From contig CAVPLM010000005.1 of NCBI GenBank assembly GCA_963706025.1, forward strand, positions 864,001 through 928,000: a stretch of DNA of 64,000 nt. Reading direction: 5' to 3'. The notes beneath the pieces are model-generated. The model had not been told where the DNA came from. It saw nothing but the letters and a program-made list of their open reading frames with translations, and made no database searches. Shown one piece after another: positions 62,800 to 64,000 of this stretch. The position numbers were made by a program, and so were the translations under genes. The DNA comes from an uncultured Actinomycetes bacterium (GTDB lineage Bacteria; Actinomycetota; Thermoleophilia; RBG-16-64-13). Each line of letters starts with the position of its first letter. Position 1 is the first letter of the stretch.

Positions 62800-63174
62800 C
62801 TAGTCGCGGCGGTTTGGACGGGCGCCCCTTGGAGGGCGCGATGAGCGCTCGGGGGCGCTTGTCCGCGCGGGTCCGCCACCGCGCGCCTCTGCAGCTGCCG
62901 GCGCCGGCGCGGGCGAGACCGCGGCCTCGGTCTCGTAGCCGGCGTCCAGTTCTCGGACGAGATCGGCCGCATCCTCAGGCACCGGTACCCGGAGGTTCAG
63001 TCCTCTCTCCAGCACCTGTTCGCGCCAGGGGCGCTCCTTGTCCGCCAGCTCGCGGGCGATGGCTGTGCGCACCAGCTCGGCCACGCTGAGGTGGCCCGCC
63101 GCCGCCCGGCGCTCGAGCTGCTCGTAGGTCCGCTTGTCGAGCCGTAGTTCCAATCTGGCGTCAAGCTTAGCCAC
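62800..63174 (-). CDS. CopG/RHH antitoxin (VapB-like)
   Basis: RLELRLD...L..RA....SVAELVR.AI; directly upstream of vapC. Confidence 0.8.
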   Translation of the reverse strand: MAKLDARLELRLDKRTYEQLERRAAAGHLSVAELVRTAIARELADKERPWREQVLERGLNLRVPVPEDAADLVRELDAGYETEAAVSPAPAPAAAEARGGGPARTSAPERSSRPPRGARPNRRD

Positions 63175-63370
63175 TGGTCCTCGCCTTGTCCGTACAACTT
63201 TGGTACTACATTGTATCACCGCCGCCCGGCCTATCGGGGACATCGACGTACGAGGGTTCGGCCTCATCGACGTGAACACCCTCGCCGGGATATTCCGCCA
63301 TGTATCTCAGGCAAGTACTCCCTGTGCTCGTCCGACGCGCGTGGGCTCGATCCGCTCAACGAAGAACGCG

Positions 63371-63970
63371 TCAATGCGGTGTACCGACGCCCGCAAGCCG
63401 CGCCTGGCCTCCTCCAAGCCTTCGCTCTAGGACGTCCCGCACCAGTACGGACGTCGTATCACCCCGGCTCAAGAAGGTCCGCTGCCGCAGGAAGTCGTTG
63501 ACCAACGAGATGATCGACCAGTAGGAAGATGAACCGCTCACGTCTGGGTGCTTCTCGTATCTCTCAAACCACTCCGCAACGTCAGCCCAGCGCCAGATTC
63601 GGCTTCGTCCCGAGCCGACCCTTGTCGAGGGAGTCGGAAAGCCCCCCGGGCCTCTCTCACCCCGTATGAGTAGACGGATGCTCTCGTTCGTTCGCCCTAC
63701 CCGACGGGCGATATCCGCAATCGTGACCAGAGCGTCGGGCTCGACCCGCACCACCGTGGCACCGACCCCGGCGCTCTCGATGGTCTCGATCGCCGACACC
63801 ACGGCTTCCAGCAGGTCTTCCGCCTCTCTCGAGAAAGCAGCAAATGGGACCCCTGTCGATCGTCCGATGGTCGCATCGTCGGCGCCGGCAGCATAGAAGG
63901 CTTCGAGCATCTCCTCGGTCAGATCGTGGCCTTCAAGCTCAAGGATCAGCGTGAAATCAAATGCCTTCAA
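63371..63970 (-). CDS. putative antitoxin/DNA-binding protein with C-terminal AlpA-like HTH
   Basis: FTL, F.REA..L.EAV.SAI..IE; DIARRVGRT.ESIR...RGPGGFP.P, W.WADV..W. Confidence 0.7.
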   Translation of the reverse strand: MKAFDFTLILELEGHDLTEEMLEAFYAAGADDATIGRSTGVPFAAFSREAEDLLEAVVSAIETIESAGVGATVVRVEPDALVTIADIARRVGRTNESIRLLIRGERGPGGFPTPSTRVGSGRSRIWRWADVAEWFERYEKHPDVSGSSSYWSIISLVNDFLRQRTFLSRGDTTSVLVRDVLERRLGGGQARLAGVGTPH

Positions 63971-64000
63971 CCTATCTCACCTTCTGGAACAGCGGCACGC

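Noticed and set aside
1-64000. CRISPR array, tRNA/rRNA, IS elements, attC sites
   Set aside because: No regularly spaced repeats, RNA gene signatures, transposase or integrase ORFs were recognised

Overview
High-GC (actinobacterial-like) chromosomal window. SLH-domain proteins and anaerobic-type enzymes point to a deep-branching lineage such as Thermoleophilia or Coriobacteriia (inference). About a dozen genes carry single-base frameshifts, most likely long-read consensus errors. From 1-32 kb lies a large membrane/sulfatase cluster: arylsulfatase with anaerobic sulfatase maturase, SLC13, AbgT, M20 peptidase, glutaminase, three AI-2E transporters, two META and two SHOCT proteins, DUF1269, DUF389, a holin-phosphodiesterase and a 6-PASTA protein. 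From 32-43 kb are Fpg/Nei, rpiA, a bacterial ERG2/sigma-1-receptor homolog and two SLH beta-propeller proteins. From 43-64 kb is a stand-alone, SOS-box-preceded, very long dnaE2 followed by a toxin-antitoxin/defence-rich mosaic. The main finding is that the dnaE2 3' end occurs three times in diverged direct copies, with defence-type cargo between them (RhuM-Fic; DUF433/DUF5615 plus a TOTE primase-helicase). A second, 137-bp gene-end duplication brackets a PadR/sensor module. No integrase or transposase is visible, which suggests integrase-independent cassette accretion anchored on gene ends. No rRNA, tRNA or CRISPR array was recognised.
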